Origin: Candidatus Methanophagales archaeon
GTDB taxonomy: Archaea; Halobacteriota; Syntropharchaeia; Alkanophagales; Methanospirareceae
Assembly: GCA_025966525.1 (NCBI GenBank)
Contig: JAPDIG010000004.1
Coordinates: 1-49,482, forward strand
Reading direction: 5' to 3'
DNA: 49,482 bases
Part shown: positions 27,519 to 36,439 of the stretch, piece after piece
How positions within the stretch are numbered: the stretch's first letter is position 1
Layout: each line of letters starts with the position of its first letter
The notes under the pieces: model-generated
Told to the model about the DNA's origin: nothing
The model's database searches: none
What the model saw: the letters and a program-made list of their open reading frames with translations, nothing else
Position numbers and translations under genes: made by a program

Positions 27519-28082
27519 CTAAATCATGCCTTTACCATAATCCTCAGATATTTTTCGCGTTTCCACTCTTTTGCATCTCTCACATCTCAGTACATTCCCT
27601 TTCCTCTCCAGATCGCCTTTACACTTCATACAAATCGCTTTTATCACGCCCAAATCCCGCTCTTCTGTGCTAAGTCTCAATGTCTTTACGTCTAACACTT
27701 TCGCTTTTATCACGTCAAGATAACCAAATTCCTGCTTCAATTCACTTACATACCCCTTTTTTATGTTTGATATATGAATAATCCCCTGAGTAGGGGCAGC
27801 AATTTCGCGCTTCTCCTTCCCTTTCACGCACGCTATACTCACAATGGCAACAGTGTCTTTTATATCCTCTATTCTACCTAAAACCACATCTCCTTCTTCG
27901 AGTATTGGCGGTGTTTCCACTACGGGGAGGACATTTATGACCCTTTTATCACTTATGCTGATTTCCCCTATCTGAGAGGCATATAAATTCCCTTCTTCAT
28001 CATACACGCCCATTCCTGACGTAAATTCCTCGGTAGTACCCAAAAAATCCCCTGGAACCACAATTCCTTTATTTCTTCCCAT
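27519..28082 (-). CDS. csl4: Exosome complex RNA-binding subunit Csl4
   Basis: VVPGDFLGTTEEF, S1 domain IHISNI, LGVIKAICMKC..CERC..ETRKIS zinc ribbon. Confidence 0.94.
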   Translation of the reverse strand: MGRNKGIVVPGDFLGTTEEFTSGMGVYDEEGNLYASQIGEISISDKRVINVLPVVETPPILEEGDVVLGRIEDIKDTVAIVSIACVKGKEKREIAAPTQGIIHISNIKKGYVSELKQEFGYLDVIKAKVLDVKTLRLSTEERDLGVIKAICMKCKGDLERKGNVLRCERCKRVETRKISEDYGKGMI

Positions 28083-28174
28083 TGAAATTACTCCTCTCCT
28101 TTCGTCTTCTCCCTTCCTCTTCTTTTATCTTATTTTATTATTAGTTTGCTTCTTCTCTATTTATTATATCATTT

Positions 28175-28669
28175 ATGCGTGTAATCGGAATAGACCCGGG
28201 AACTGCTCGTACTGGATGGGGTGTTGTTGAGTTCAACAACGGACTGTTAAAATTAATTGATTTTGGATATATAAAGACGACTCCAAGTCAATCAAAAGAA
28301 GAGAGATTAAAAAAGATATATGAAGATTTGCTTGCAGTGATAAAAAGCAAGATGCCTGATGATATGGCAATCGAGAAGATATTTTTTAATATTAACGTGA
28401 AAACAGCGTTAAGCGTTGGTCAAGCGCGTGGAGTTTGCCTCTTGGCTGCTGCAATTGCCGATATACCTGCATACGAATATAACACCTCAGAGGTGAAAAG
28501 TATTATAACCGGATATGGTAGAGCGACGAAAGATGAGGTGGCGAGCAGAGTAAAGGAGCTACTTCAGTTAGAGGAAACGCCAAAGCCCAATGATATCACC
28601 GATGCCCTTGCTATTGCTGCCACGCATATAATCCAGAGAGGGGACTTTTTAGAAGAGGATCATCAATAA
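28175..28669 (+). CDS. ruvC: Bacterial-type Holliday junction resolvase RuvC
   Basis: IGIDPG..TGWGVV, AIEKIFF..N, VGQARGV, VK..ITGYGRATK and P.DITDALAIA; catalytic D/E/D/D retained. Confidence 0.93.
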   Translation: MRVIGIDPGTARTGWGVVEFNNGLLKLIDFGYIKTTPSQSKEERLKKIYEDLLAVIKSKMPDDMAIEKIFFNINVKTALSVGQARGVCLLAAAIADIPAYEYNTSEVKSIITGYGRATKDEVASRVKELLQLEETPKPNDITDALAIAATHIIQRGDFLEEDHQ

Positions 28670-29194
28670 TAAGGTGAAGAAGATAAACCAGCAGAAAAGG
28701 GTCATAAACGAGATATAAATCCAATCCTTTGCTCCTTTTATACTTGTATGCAAGAAGGGATACACGAATTTCTGTACCAGGATCAGAAGTATGGCGATGA
28801 GCAACCAATTGTCCGATTTGGGGGGTGAGTAAATATTTAGCGTTTCTGCATCTTTCCTGATTATGTAGCTCTTTTTATTTTCTGCATCATTTATCAGCCA
28901 TTTGTCATTTTCTTCCTTCATAATGGTGACATTTTCAGAAAGTGGGCTACCTTTTGTTTCAAACATATATATCAAATTTTCTGGAATGATGCCCTTATCC
29001 AGGTCCTCTTTTATCCCACTATTCGTACTGACCAAATACGGGGTAGATACAAATATTGAAAAGCATATAACACCCGCGAGGATGCCAAATAGAAAAGGGG
29101 TTAATGTCTTTTTCAACCCTTCAGTGTATTCTGCTTTCTCCTTCTCCTTCTCCTTTTTATCCCCCGCTTTTTTATCGTTCTCCATGGTATTCAT
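28649..29194 (-). CDS. EMC6-like archaeal membrane protein with a soluble inserted domain
   Basis: GLKKTL.PFLFG..AG (TM1), LVQKFVYP and KDWIYISFMT..WF..FTLLL (TM2/3); about 70 polar residues between TM1 and TM2. Confidence 0.65.
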   Translation of the reverse strand: MNTMENDKKAGDKKEKEKEKAEYTEGLKKTLTPFLFGILAGVICFSIFVSTPYLVSTNSGIKEDLDKGIIPENLIYMFETKGSPLSENVTIMKEENDKWLINDAENKKSYIIRKDAETLNIYSPPKSDNWLLIAILLILVQKFVYPFLHTSIKGAKDWIYISFMTLFCWFIFFTLLLMILF

Positions 29195-29273
29195 CTCAGC
29201 CCAACTTAATTATATCCGCCATATAAAATAAGAGAAAGCGTTATCAAAGAAACTATTATATTATTTTCAAAAA

Positions 29274-30494
29274 GTGTGTCCACAAGATTTTGAGCAATTA
29301 CGGCTTGTTCACTCCAAAAAGGAGATACACGGCTGGTGGAATAGCATAGAGCCACATGGAAACAGAGAGTGCACCTCGGAGAGACTGCTGATAAACCCTT
29401 ACAATGGGTGCAGTCATGATTGCTTCTTTTGCTACGCACATGCATTCCCGGGTTATTTCAGCTTATTTCGTAAGCATGGCGTGATTACAGTGTTCGAGGA
29501 CTTTGATAAGGTAGTAGCAAAGCAACTGGACTCGATAAGAGTTGCGAGCTGTGGCTATTTGTCCCCTGTAACCGACCCTTTTCAGCCGATAAATGAGCGG
29601 TATCAACTTACAGAGAAAATCATGGCGGTATTTGTGCGTAGGAACATTCCTGTGGAGGTGGTAACAAAAGGTGTGATAAGCGATAAGGCGATGAGGTTGC
29701 TTGCGGAGCAGGAGCATTCCTTCGGGCAGGTCAGCATTTTAACCCTGGATGAAGAAAAGAGAAGAAGAATGATGGCGCGGGGAGCGAGTACCGAGGAGCT
29801 AATAAAAAACATAGAACGGCTTTCTAATCGTGGCATTTTCGCTGTTTGCCGGATAGACCCTATTTTGCCATTTATAACAAGTCAGAAAGAGGAACTTGAG
29901 GCATTGATCAATGCGGTGGTTGATGCGGGTGCATCGCATATAATATCAAGCTGCCTGGACATACCGAAGACGATGGAGCACGAGATTTACGAGCATATAG
30001 AGCACGAGTTCGGGAGAGAAACGAGGAAAAGATATGAAGGATTGTACGTGGAGGAGATGAGTGGCAGGAAGCATGCGAGGATAGAATACCGGCGAAAGCT
30101 GTTCGAGATGGTTAAAGGGATTTGCGATAAAAAGGGCGTGACGATGAGTTTATGTATGGAATTTGAACGGATACAATCGCAAAAGGGGCATGAAATGCAA
30201 AAATCACGATTTGAGTTTAGAGGGCTTAATCAGGAGTTTATGACCTCCAGGAACTGCGAAGGGATTGACATACCCATTTATGTCAGACACGTGGGAGAAG
30301 GTAAATTTTCGCCTGTTGAAGGCTGCGATGGTAATTGTCTGAGGTGTTATTATCTTGGTAAGGAAAGGGAAAGAGAGAGGAATAAATGCGGGATAGAAGA
30401 CCTTGGAAAGGCAGGAGCATGGAAATTGAGGGATTATAAGAGATGGAGTAAACAAGTTTTACACCTGCGTTTCAAAAAAGAACTCGCTGCATAA
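29274..30494 (+). CDS. Radical SAM protein, spore-photoproduct-lyase-like family; start uncertain
   Basis: INPYNGCSHDCFFCYA, LSPVTDPFQP.N.RY..T and RIDPILP motifs; extra C-terminal Cys cluster (CDGNCLRC..CG). Confidence 0.85.
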   Translation: MCPQDFEQLRLVHSKKEIHGWWNSIEPHGNRECTSERLLINPYNGCSHDCFFCYAHAFPGYFSLFRKHGVITVFEDFDKVVAKQLDSIRVASCGYLSPVTDPFQPINERYQLTEKIMAVFVRRNIPVEVVTKGVISDKAMRLLAEQEHSFGQVSILTLDEEKRRRMMARGASTEELIKNIERLSNRGIFAVCRIDPILPFITSQKEELEALINAVVDAGASHIISSCLDIPKTMEHEIYEHIEHEFGRETRKRYEGLYVEEMSGRKHARIEYRRKLFEMVKGICDKKGVTMSLCMEFERIQSQKGHEMQKSRFEFRGLNQEFMTSRNCEGIDIPIYVRHVGEGKFSPVEGCDGNCLRCYYLGKERERERNKCGIEDLGKAGAWKLRDYKRWSKQVLHLRFKKELAA

Positions 30495-31490
30495 AGGGTC
30501 TTCTGCCATATAATCGCCACTATGGAGATATGCCCTTACACGGCACCCACCACAAATATCCTTATATCTGCACTCTGCACACTTGCCTTTCACCTCACGA
30601 TTTCTCAGTTCAACAAAGACTTTCGAGTCGAGTATCTCACGAAGAGTCATTTCACGGACATTCCCTGCTTTCACCTCTAACAGCGGACACGGCACGACAT
30701 CGCCATTCGGCTTGATAGAAAGCATGCCGGTAGCTGCACGACAGCCGGGAATCTCAGTATAAAAGAAATCTGGAACGAAAGAACCTTCTCCTTCCTTTCT
30801 CTTCAGTACCACCCAATACTGCGATGCCTGTGTCGTGCAGATTTCGAGCTCTCTTCTCTTGTTCTGTTCTTCATATAGCAGCATCAGGTTTTCTGCATAC
30901 TGAACACTGCCGAGTTCACTATCTGGCATCACCTCCCTTCCCCTGCCCATTGAAACGTAGTGGAAAAACCTGCACTGCCTCGCACCCAGCTTGACAGCTA
31001 TGTCAATAATCTTTGTGGTCTCTTTTTCGTTTTGCTTCATGATACAGGGGTCAATCACCAGACTTAATCCCGCTTCTTTGCATGCTCTTGCACCCTTTAC
31101 CGCCTTTTCAAATGTATTTTCACCCCTTATGGAATCATGTGTCTTTTGAGTGCCGTCAATAGGAATTATAACTTCTTCGAGTCCGGATTTCTTCAAACGA
31201 GCAGCAACTTCTTCGCTGAGCAATATTCCATTTGAAGCGAGCACGAGGTGCAAACCCTGCCCTTTACCATAAGAAATGAGGTCAAATATGTCCCTTCTCA
31301 GTAGGGGCTCTCCACCGCCAAAGGTGATGTTTGCTTTATCGCCAAATACGCTTGCTATTTCATCAATGAGTGCAAATGATTCCTCTGTGCTTAGTTCATC
31401 TTCTAATTGCGCACCCGCGTCATAATAGCAGTGCTTGCATCTCAGGTTGCACTCGCGCGTGATGTTCCAGTTGATGTTGAATTTGGGCAT
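30459..31490 (-). CDS. Radical SAM/SPASM protein (NirJ/AhbC/AhbD-like)
   Basis: WNITRECNLRCKHCY, GGEPLLR, GCRAA..G.V.PCP, GKCAEC....CGGCRVRAY..GDYMAEDPLC. Start at ATG 31490. Confidence 0.88.
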   Translation of the reverse strand: MPKFNINWNITRECNLRCKHCYYDAGAQLEDELSTEESFALIDEIASVFGDKANITFGGGEPLLRRDIFDLISYGKGQGLHLVLASNGILLSEEVAARLKKSGLEEVIIPIDGTQKTHDSIRGENTFEKAVKGARACKEAGLSLVIDPCIMKQNEKETTKIIDIAVKLGARQCRFFHYVSMGRGREVMPDSELGSVQYAENLMLLYEEQNKRRELEICTTQASQYWVVLKRKEGEGSFVPDFFYTEIPGCRAATGMLSIKPNGDVVPCPLLEVKAGNVREMTLREILDSKVFVELRNREVKGKCAECRYKDICGGCRVRAYLHSGDYMAEDPLCSEFFFETQV

Positions 31491-31578
31491 CCTATCTCTT
31501 CTCTGTGCATTCCATTTTCTTTCAATACCTTCTCTACATACCTCTTTTTTATTCCTCCATATATATATTCGTAATACT

Positions 31579-32670
31579 ATGACGGACTGGTGTGCGGAAC
31601 CTGTGCATTTATGTCTGTATCCCTTTTTATCCGCGGCATCGGAATATGTAGAAGAGTCAGGAATCACGCTGGATGATTTGATTCACAGCGGCACTTATAG
31701 ATATGCAAGATCAAGGGGGAAAGAGAGGGTAATAGAAGCGATAAAAGATGGAAAAGTCCGAAAGCAAGCTATAATCAGCAATGCTCAGGCTGAGACGGAA
31801 TTATTATCTTATCCTTTTGCTCGTATCCTCGTGTCGTGCATCGAGGACGAGCGTCTTGTCCGTAGATATGCGATATCTGAGGCGAAAGGGGCATACGAAA
31901 CATTATTGGAGGATTCCAGCACCGGTTCCAGCTTGGACACAGATATTATATACGAAATGAGTGAGGAGTTTGGCATACGGGTGGATTTCCTGCCCGGGGA
32001 GCGAGAACAAGTTCAGATGCCTTTCGTTGATTATCTGCGATTCACTGCTAATCTGCGAGATAAAAGATGGAAACTGGTAAATCGGGAGTTGGAGAAAGGG
32101 AAGGTAAAACTAAGAAAGAGCGAATTTATACGTATCATTCAAGAGGCGATGTATGAAAGAATAAAGAAAGACCTGCCATTGGATGTCCCCGCTGATATAT
32201 GCAAGGCGATAAGTGGATATACAGAGAGCATAAAGAAGGAATTGGAAGAAACGCGAAAAAAGTTTGGTGATGCTGGTTTTGATTTTGAGTCAGGCTATCG
32301 CGTGAAGGACCCAGGCTGTTTTCCGCCTTGTATGTCTCATATTCTGAACAACTTAAAAGAAGGTGTAAATGTTCCACACAGTGCAAGATTTGCGGTTACT
32401 GCTTTCTTGTTGAACGTAGGTTTAACCGAAGACGAGATAATAGAGATCTACAAGAACTCACCTGATTTTGATGCGGATCGAACGAGATATCAGGTGGAGC
32501 ATATTGCAGGAGATAAAGGAGGTGTCCGTTATACAGCGCCGTCATGCGCCACAATGCGCACTTACGGGAACTGTGTTGGAAATGATGAAGTTTGTGAGAA
32601 GGTTTCCCATCCCCTGAGCTACTACAAACTGAAGCTAAAGAAGAAGCGAAAGAAAGTAGAGTATAAGTAA
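31579..32670 (+). CDS. priL: DNA primase large subunit
   Basis: LYPFL, LLSYPFAR, WKLVNR..G.V, FPPCM, H.ARF, YQVEHI and Y..PSC.TM.TYG.C motifs. Confidence 0.95.
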   Translation: MTDWCAEPVHLCLYPFLSAASEYVEESGITLDDLIHSGTYRYARSRGKERVIEAIKDGKVRKQAIISNAQAETELLSYPFARILVSCIEDERLVRRYAISEAKGAYETLLEDSSTGSSLDTDIIYEMSEEFGIRVDFLPGEREQVQMPFVDYLRFTANLRDKRWKLVNRELEKGKVKLRKSEFIRIIQEAMYERIKKDLPLDVPADICKAISGYTESIKKELEETRKKFGDAGFDFESGYRVKDPGCFPPCMSHILNNLKEGVNVPHSARFAVTAFLLNVGLTEDEIIEIYKNSPDFDADRTRYQVEHIAGDKGGVRYTAPSCATMRTYGNCVGNDEVCEKVSHPLSYYKLKLKKKRKKVEYK

Positions 32671-32680
32671 AGTATCCAAC

Positions 32681-33895
32681 CTACCAGCCCTCCGCGAGCC
32701 GCTTTGTTACCTCCTCTATAAACTCTTCTGTATATACAACACGCTTTGCAGGCGGTTCAGCCAGTTTTGCTAAGTCACCAGTCATTATTCCCTCTTCTAT
32801 TGTTCTTATGACCGATGCTTCTAATTTGTCTGCGAAGATTACAAGCTCAGGTGTACCGTCCAGTTCTCCACGCTTCCTCAACGCACCACTCCAGGCAAAT
32901 ATGAGTGCAACGGGGTTGGTCGAAGTGGGCTCGCCCCTGAGGTATCTCTGATAGTGCTTCTGCACCGTGCCGTGAGCTGACTCATACTCGAAGTAACCGT
33001 GAGGAGATACTAAGACCGAGGTCATCATAGCCAGGCTCCCATAAGCAGAGGCAAGCATATCTGACATCACATCGCCATCATAGTTCTTCAGCGCCCAGAC
33101 CATACCTCCTTCTGACCTGATTATCCGGGCTACGGCATCGTCTATCAACGTATAGAAGTATGTTATCCCCGCATCCTCAAACTTACCCCTGTACTTCTCT
33201 TCATATATCTGCTCGAATATCTCCCGAAAATTACTGTCGTAGATCTTGGATATGGTGTCCTTTGTAGAGAACCACAGGTCCACGCGCTGGTCGAGAGCAT
33301 AAGAGAAGCAAGCTTCGGCAAAGCTACTTATTGAAGCGTCAAGATTGTGTATGCTCTGTACTACCCCGGGTTTACTGAACTCATGTATGGTGTGCCTGAC
33401 TTCTTCCTCACCGTTCTCGGGTGTGAACACCAGCTCTACCCTTCCTGGACCGTTAATCCGGTACTCGACATTCTTGTAAACATCGCCGTAAGCATGCCTG
33501 CCCAATATGATTGGTTTTTTCCAGTTTCTTACCGCGGGTTTTATATTCCGCACCATTATAGGTTTCCTGAAGATAGTACCATCCAGTATGGCTCTTATTG
33601 TGCCATTCGGACTTTTCCACTGCTGTTTCAAGTTGTACTCCTTGACTCTTGCTGCGTTTGGTGTTATTGTGGCGCACTTAACACCCACGCTATACTTCTT
33701 TATCGCCACAGCCGCATCTATGGTTATCTGGTCATCGGTCTCATCCCTGTGCTCGAGAGCAAGGTCATAGTACTTGGTTTTGAGGTCAATGTAAGGAAGA
33801 AGAAGTTTCTCTTTTATCATCCCCCACATTACCCTGGTCATCTCGTCTCCGTCTATTTCCACCAAGGGTGTCTTCATCTGGATTTTTTCTGTCAT
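32681..33895 (-). CDS. icd: NADP-dependent isocitrate dehydrogenase (type II, dimeric)
   Basis: [39 protein letters not shown] and E.AHGTV motifs. Confidence 0.95.
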   Translation of the reverse strand: MTEKIQMKTPLVEIDGDEMTRVMWGMIKEKLLLPYIDLKTKYYDLALEHRDETDDQITIDAAVAIKKYSVGVKCATITPNAARVKEYNLKQQWKSPNGTIRAILDGTIFRKPIMVRNIKPAVRNWKKPIILGRHAYGDVYKNVEYRINGPGRVELVFTPENGEEEVRHTIHEFSKPGVVQSIHNLDASISSFAEACFSYALDQRVDLWFSTKDTISKIYDSNFREIFEQIYEEKYRGKFEDAGITYFYTLIDDAVARIIRSEGGMVWALKNYDGDVMSDMLASAYGSLAMMTSVLVSPHGYFEYESAHGTVQKHYQRYLRGEPTSTNPVALIFAWSGALRKRGELDGTPELVIFADKLEASVIRTIEEGIMTGDLAKLAEPPAKRVVYTEEFIEEVTKRLAEGW

Positions 33896-33935
33896 TTTTT
33901 AAAACTAAGCAAGTTAATAGTAAATTAGATGGAAC

Positions 33936-35198
33936 CTATAATAATGCTCTTTCATATCGTTCCTCCTTCCCCAACTCCTTCGTCGCATCTATCCCGAGCT
34001 TTGTTGTGAGCCCGTTTTCCGCAGAAGGGTCAAGTGACGAACCCTTCGCACCTGGTATGAATACCGCATCCTCATTCCAGCGCACTCTCGTGGCTATTGC
34101 ATACTCCACTTCATTAGACCTAAATAGGTCTATATCAGTGTCAACAACGACAACCGATTTAAGGCTGGGATGTGCAGCGAAAGCCGCAATAATTGCGTTT
34201 TTCGCCTCCCCCTCTCTCTCTTTCTTTATCTGTACCACGGCATGCAAATAACAACAGCCACCTTCTGTCAAAAACACGTTCTTCACACGTGCCACATGCT
34301 CCACTGCTCTTAATATCAACGGTTCGTAAGGCACACCCATAAGCAACTTGTGCTCCCTCCCTGATGGGAGAATAGCATGGTAAATCGGGTCTTTTCGATG
34401 ATACATCTTCGTAAGCGTGATCACAGGCTCTTCACGTATGTGGTCATAAGTGCCGGTAATATCCAAAAAGGGACCTTCTTTTGCTCGTTCCGCGCCAATC
34501 AAACCCTCAAGAGCGATTTCGGCATGTGGAATTGCTACGCCATTATTCAGTTTGAAGAGCTCTATCGGCTCTTTTTTCAAAGCTGCGGCATAGTCGAACT
34601 CCTTACCAGGAGGAACCCTTGTTGAAGCTGCTAAAAGAACCAACGGGTCTACTCCTATGGCAATTCCCACTTTTAATTCCTCTCCTCGTTCTATCGCTTC
34701 ACGATGCATCTTATACAGGTGACGAGGAGGAACAAGCCTTGCTGCTAATCTTTTATCATCTAAGACCATTAACCGGTGAATGGATGCATTCCTCACGCCG
34801 TCCAATTCCGCAACAACCACGCCCCCAGTGATATATGCGCCACCATCTCCACGAAAATAGGTTAATATTGGCAACTCGCTTAAATCGGGCTCTTTTACCA
34901 CTTCTTTTGTCGGTGAATCCTCAATTATCTTTACCACTCCCTTGTTAGGTATTTTCGCCAGAAGAGGTGCGAGTTCGGATGATGAGGTGCCAAGCAACTC
35001 CGCCAGTATTTCTCTTCCGCCTAAGACGTTCATTATGACTTTATGCTTGCCGTCAACAGCGTGAAAGAGAATAGGCTTTTTGTTGCCTCTTCGTTCAAAC
35101 TCGGCACAAATAGATGCAACCTCGTATTTTGACCCCACGCTCCGCTCTATCTCTATTAACTTCCCTTCCTTCGCCAGCTTATCTTTTAATTCGCGCAT
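33936..35198 (-). CDS. UbiD-family prFMN decarboxylase (probably anhydromevalonate-phosphate decarboxylase)
   Basis: DGGAYIT, NASIHRL, EGPFLDITGTYD, GGCCYLH and GSSLDPS motifs. The specific function is inference. Confidence 0.88.
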   Translation of the reverse strand: MRELKDKLAKEGKLIEIERSVGSKYEVASICAEFERRGNKKPILFHAVDGKHKVIMNVLGGREILAELLGTSSSELAPLLAKIPNKGVVKIIEDSPTKEVVKEPDLSELPILTYFRGDGGAYITGGVVVAELDGVRNASIHRLMVLDDKRLAARLVPPRHLYKMHREAIERGEELKVGIAIGVDPLVLLAASTRVPPGKEFDYAAALKKEPIELFKLNNGVAIPHAEIALEGLIGAERAKEGPFLDITGTYDHIREEPVITLTKMYHRKDPIYHAILPSGREHKLLMGVPYEPLILRAVEHVARVKNVFLTEGGCCYLHAVVQIKKEREGEAKNAIIAAFAAHPSLKSVVVVDTDIDLFRSNEVEYAIATRVRWNEDAVFIPGAKGSSLDPSAENGLTTKLGIDATKELGKEERYERALL

Positions 35199-35557
35199 TT
35201 GATTAATTAAATATAAGGTGCTTCTTTTTCAGTAATTTTTTGGTTTATTAAAGTTAGGATTAAAGCTTTTTTAATGATTATGCAACCAATATACCAATTG
35301 GGATATTCAGTAAGGGATCAGGAGATTTGTCAACATCCTGTTCAGGATGAGCATAATTGAAGCAATAGTAATCGAGATCCTCAAAGAGGAGGATATTTTT
35401 TGCTTTTTCTGTCGCTTCATTCGATAAGTATGCCAGCGTCTATGAATTTTAGGGCTGAATATGCTTGATTTTATTTGTTAGAAACGCTCGGAATATGTTC
35501 TTTTGTTATAAAAAATTGGGGTGCACTCTCCTCCATGTCTGGAGATTATTGCGATAT

Positions 35558-35674
35558 ATACTATACTTCTCTATCGATCAACTTGATTATGAAGAAGACG
35601 CTTTTGATGTGATGGACCAGATTAAAGATTTCAGAGGGATAGATTTAGCAAAGCGTCCCGGAATTCTATTTTGA
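35558..35674 (+). pseudogene. Possible fragment of an AAA-family ATP-binding protein in a degenerate gap
   Basis: ILYFSIDQLD..GIDL resembles the ILYFSFD strand of archaeal AAA_14 ATPases; no intact gene in 35200-35665. Confidence 0.3.
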
Positions 35675-36256
35675 GAGAAGGACATTTCTAAATACGATAT
35701 TACCCGAACTCGTGATAGTAGCATTCAACACTGACTTTATATGCCTCAGCCCGTATTCATGCTCGTAATCACTCAATGCTGCCACGCAATCCTCCGGCAC
35801 TATTAGCTCATACCCTCTAAGGGAAGCGTCTATTGCAGTATGCATTACGCATATATTTGTAGCAACGCCGACGATTATCAATGTTTTTATCCCTTTTTCT
35901 TTTAGATGTAAGTCGAGATCAGTGCCAAAGAAGTCGCTATATTTCCGCTTTTTCACTACATAAGCTTCTTTCGAAAAAGGCGCAAGCTCATCTATTATCT
36001 CCGCTCCTCTGGTGTCCCGAACGCAATGCTGACCCCAGATTGCAAACTCTTCATCATCGTGCGAATGCCAATCCAGTGCGAATATCAAAAGCACCTTTTT
36101 TTGTATTGTTTTTTCTATTAATCCGCGTATCTTGGGTATTATCTCTCTCGCTCCCTCGCCCATAAACAAAGCGCCATCTTCGTAGCAGAAGTCCTTCTGC
36201 ATATCTTCAACAACTAATGCCGTTTTTTCAGGATTTATAAATGCTTTTTCGGTCAT
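35666..36256 (-). CDS. Isochorismatase-family cysteine hydrolase (nicotinamidase-like)
   Basis: VEDMQKDF, D.H...D.EF..WG.HC, KRKYS and GVATNICV (D-K-C triad). Confidence 0.92.
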   Translation of the reverse strand: MTEKAFINPEKTALVVEDMQKDFCYEDGALFMGEGAREIIPKIRGLIEKTIQKKVLLIFALDWHSHDDEEFAIWGQHCVRDTRGAEIIDELAPFSKEAYVVKKRKYSDFFGTDLDLHLKEKGIKTLIIVGVATNICVMHTAIDASLRGYELIVPEDCVAALSDYEHEYGLRHIKSVLNATITSSGNIVFRNVLLSK

Positions 36257-36366
36257 AAGCTCCTCTCCTCGTTACGCACGGATATTTATTTATTTATTAT
36301 GCAGAAAATGCATTTAAATATCTCTTCCCATCAATATAGTTGTTAAGTGAAAGTTATAAATAAAAG

Positions 36367-36439
36367 GGGGCAGTAGGGTAGCCAGGTATCCTCGTGGCTT
36401 TGGGAGCCATGGACCCCAGTTCAAATCTGGGCTGCCCCA
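36367..36439 (+). tRNA. tRNA-Pro(UGG), no intron, CCA not encoded
   Basis: GGGGCAG/CTGCCCC acceptor stem, GTGGC-TTTGGGA-GCCAT anticodon arm, GTTCAAATC T-loop. Confidence 0.97.

Noticed and set aside
31435-31667. Apparent head-to-head overlap of priL and the SPASM gene
   Set aside because: Artifact of longest-ORF calling; homology-supported starts at 31490(-) and 31579(+) leave a normal divergent spacer.
36367-36439. tRNA-Pro or tRNA-Gly as integration sites of a mobile element
   Set aside because: No integrase and no duplicated tRNA 3' end (att site) seen in the window.
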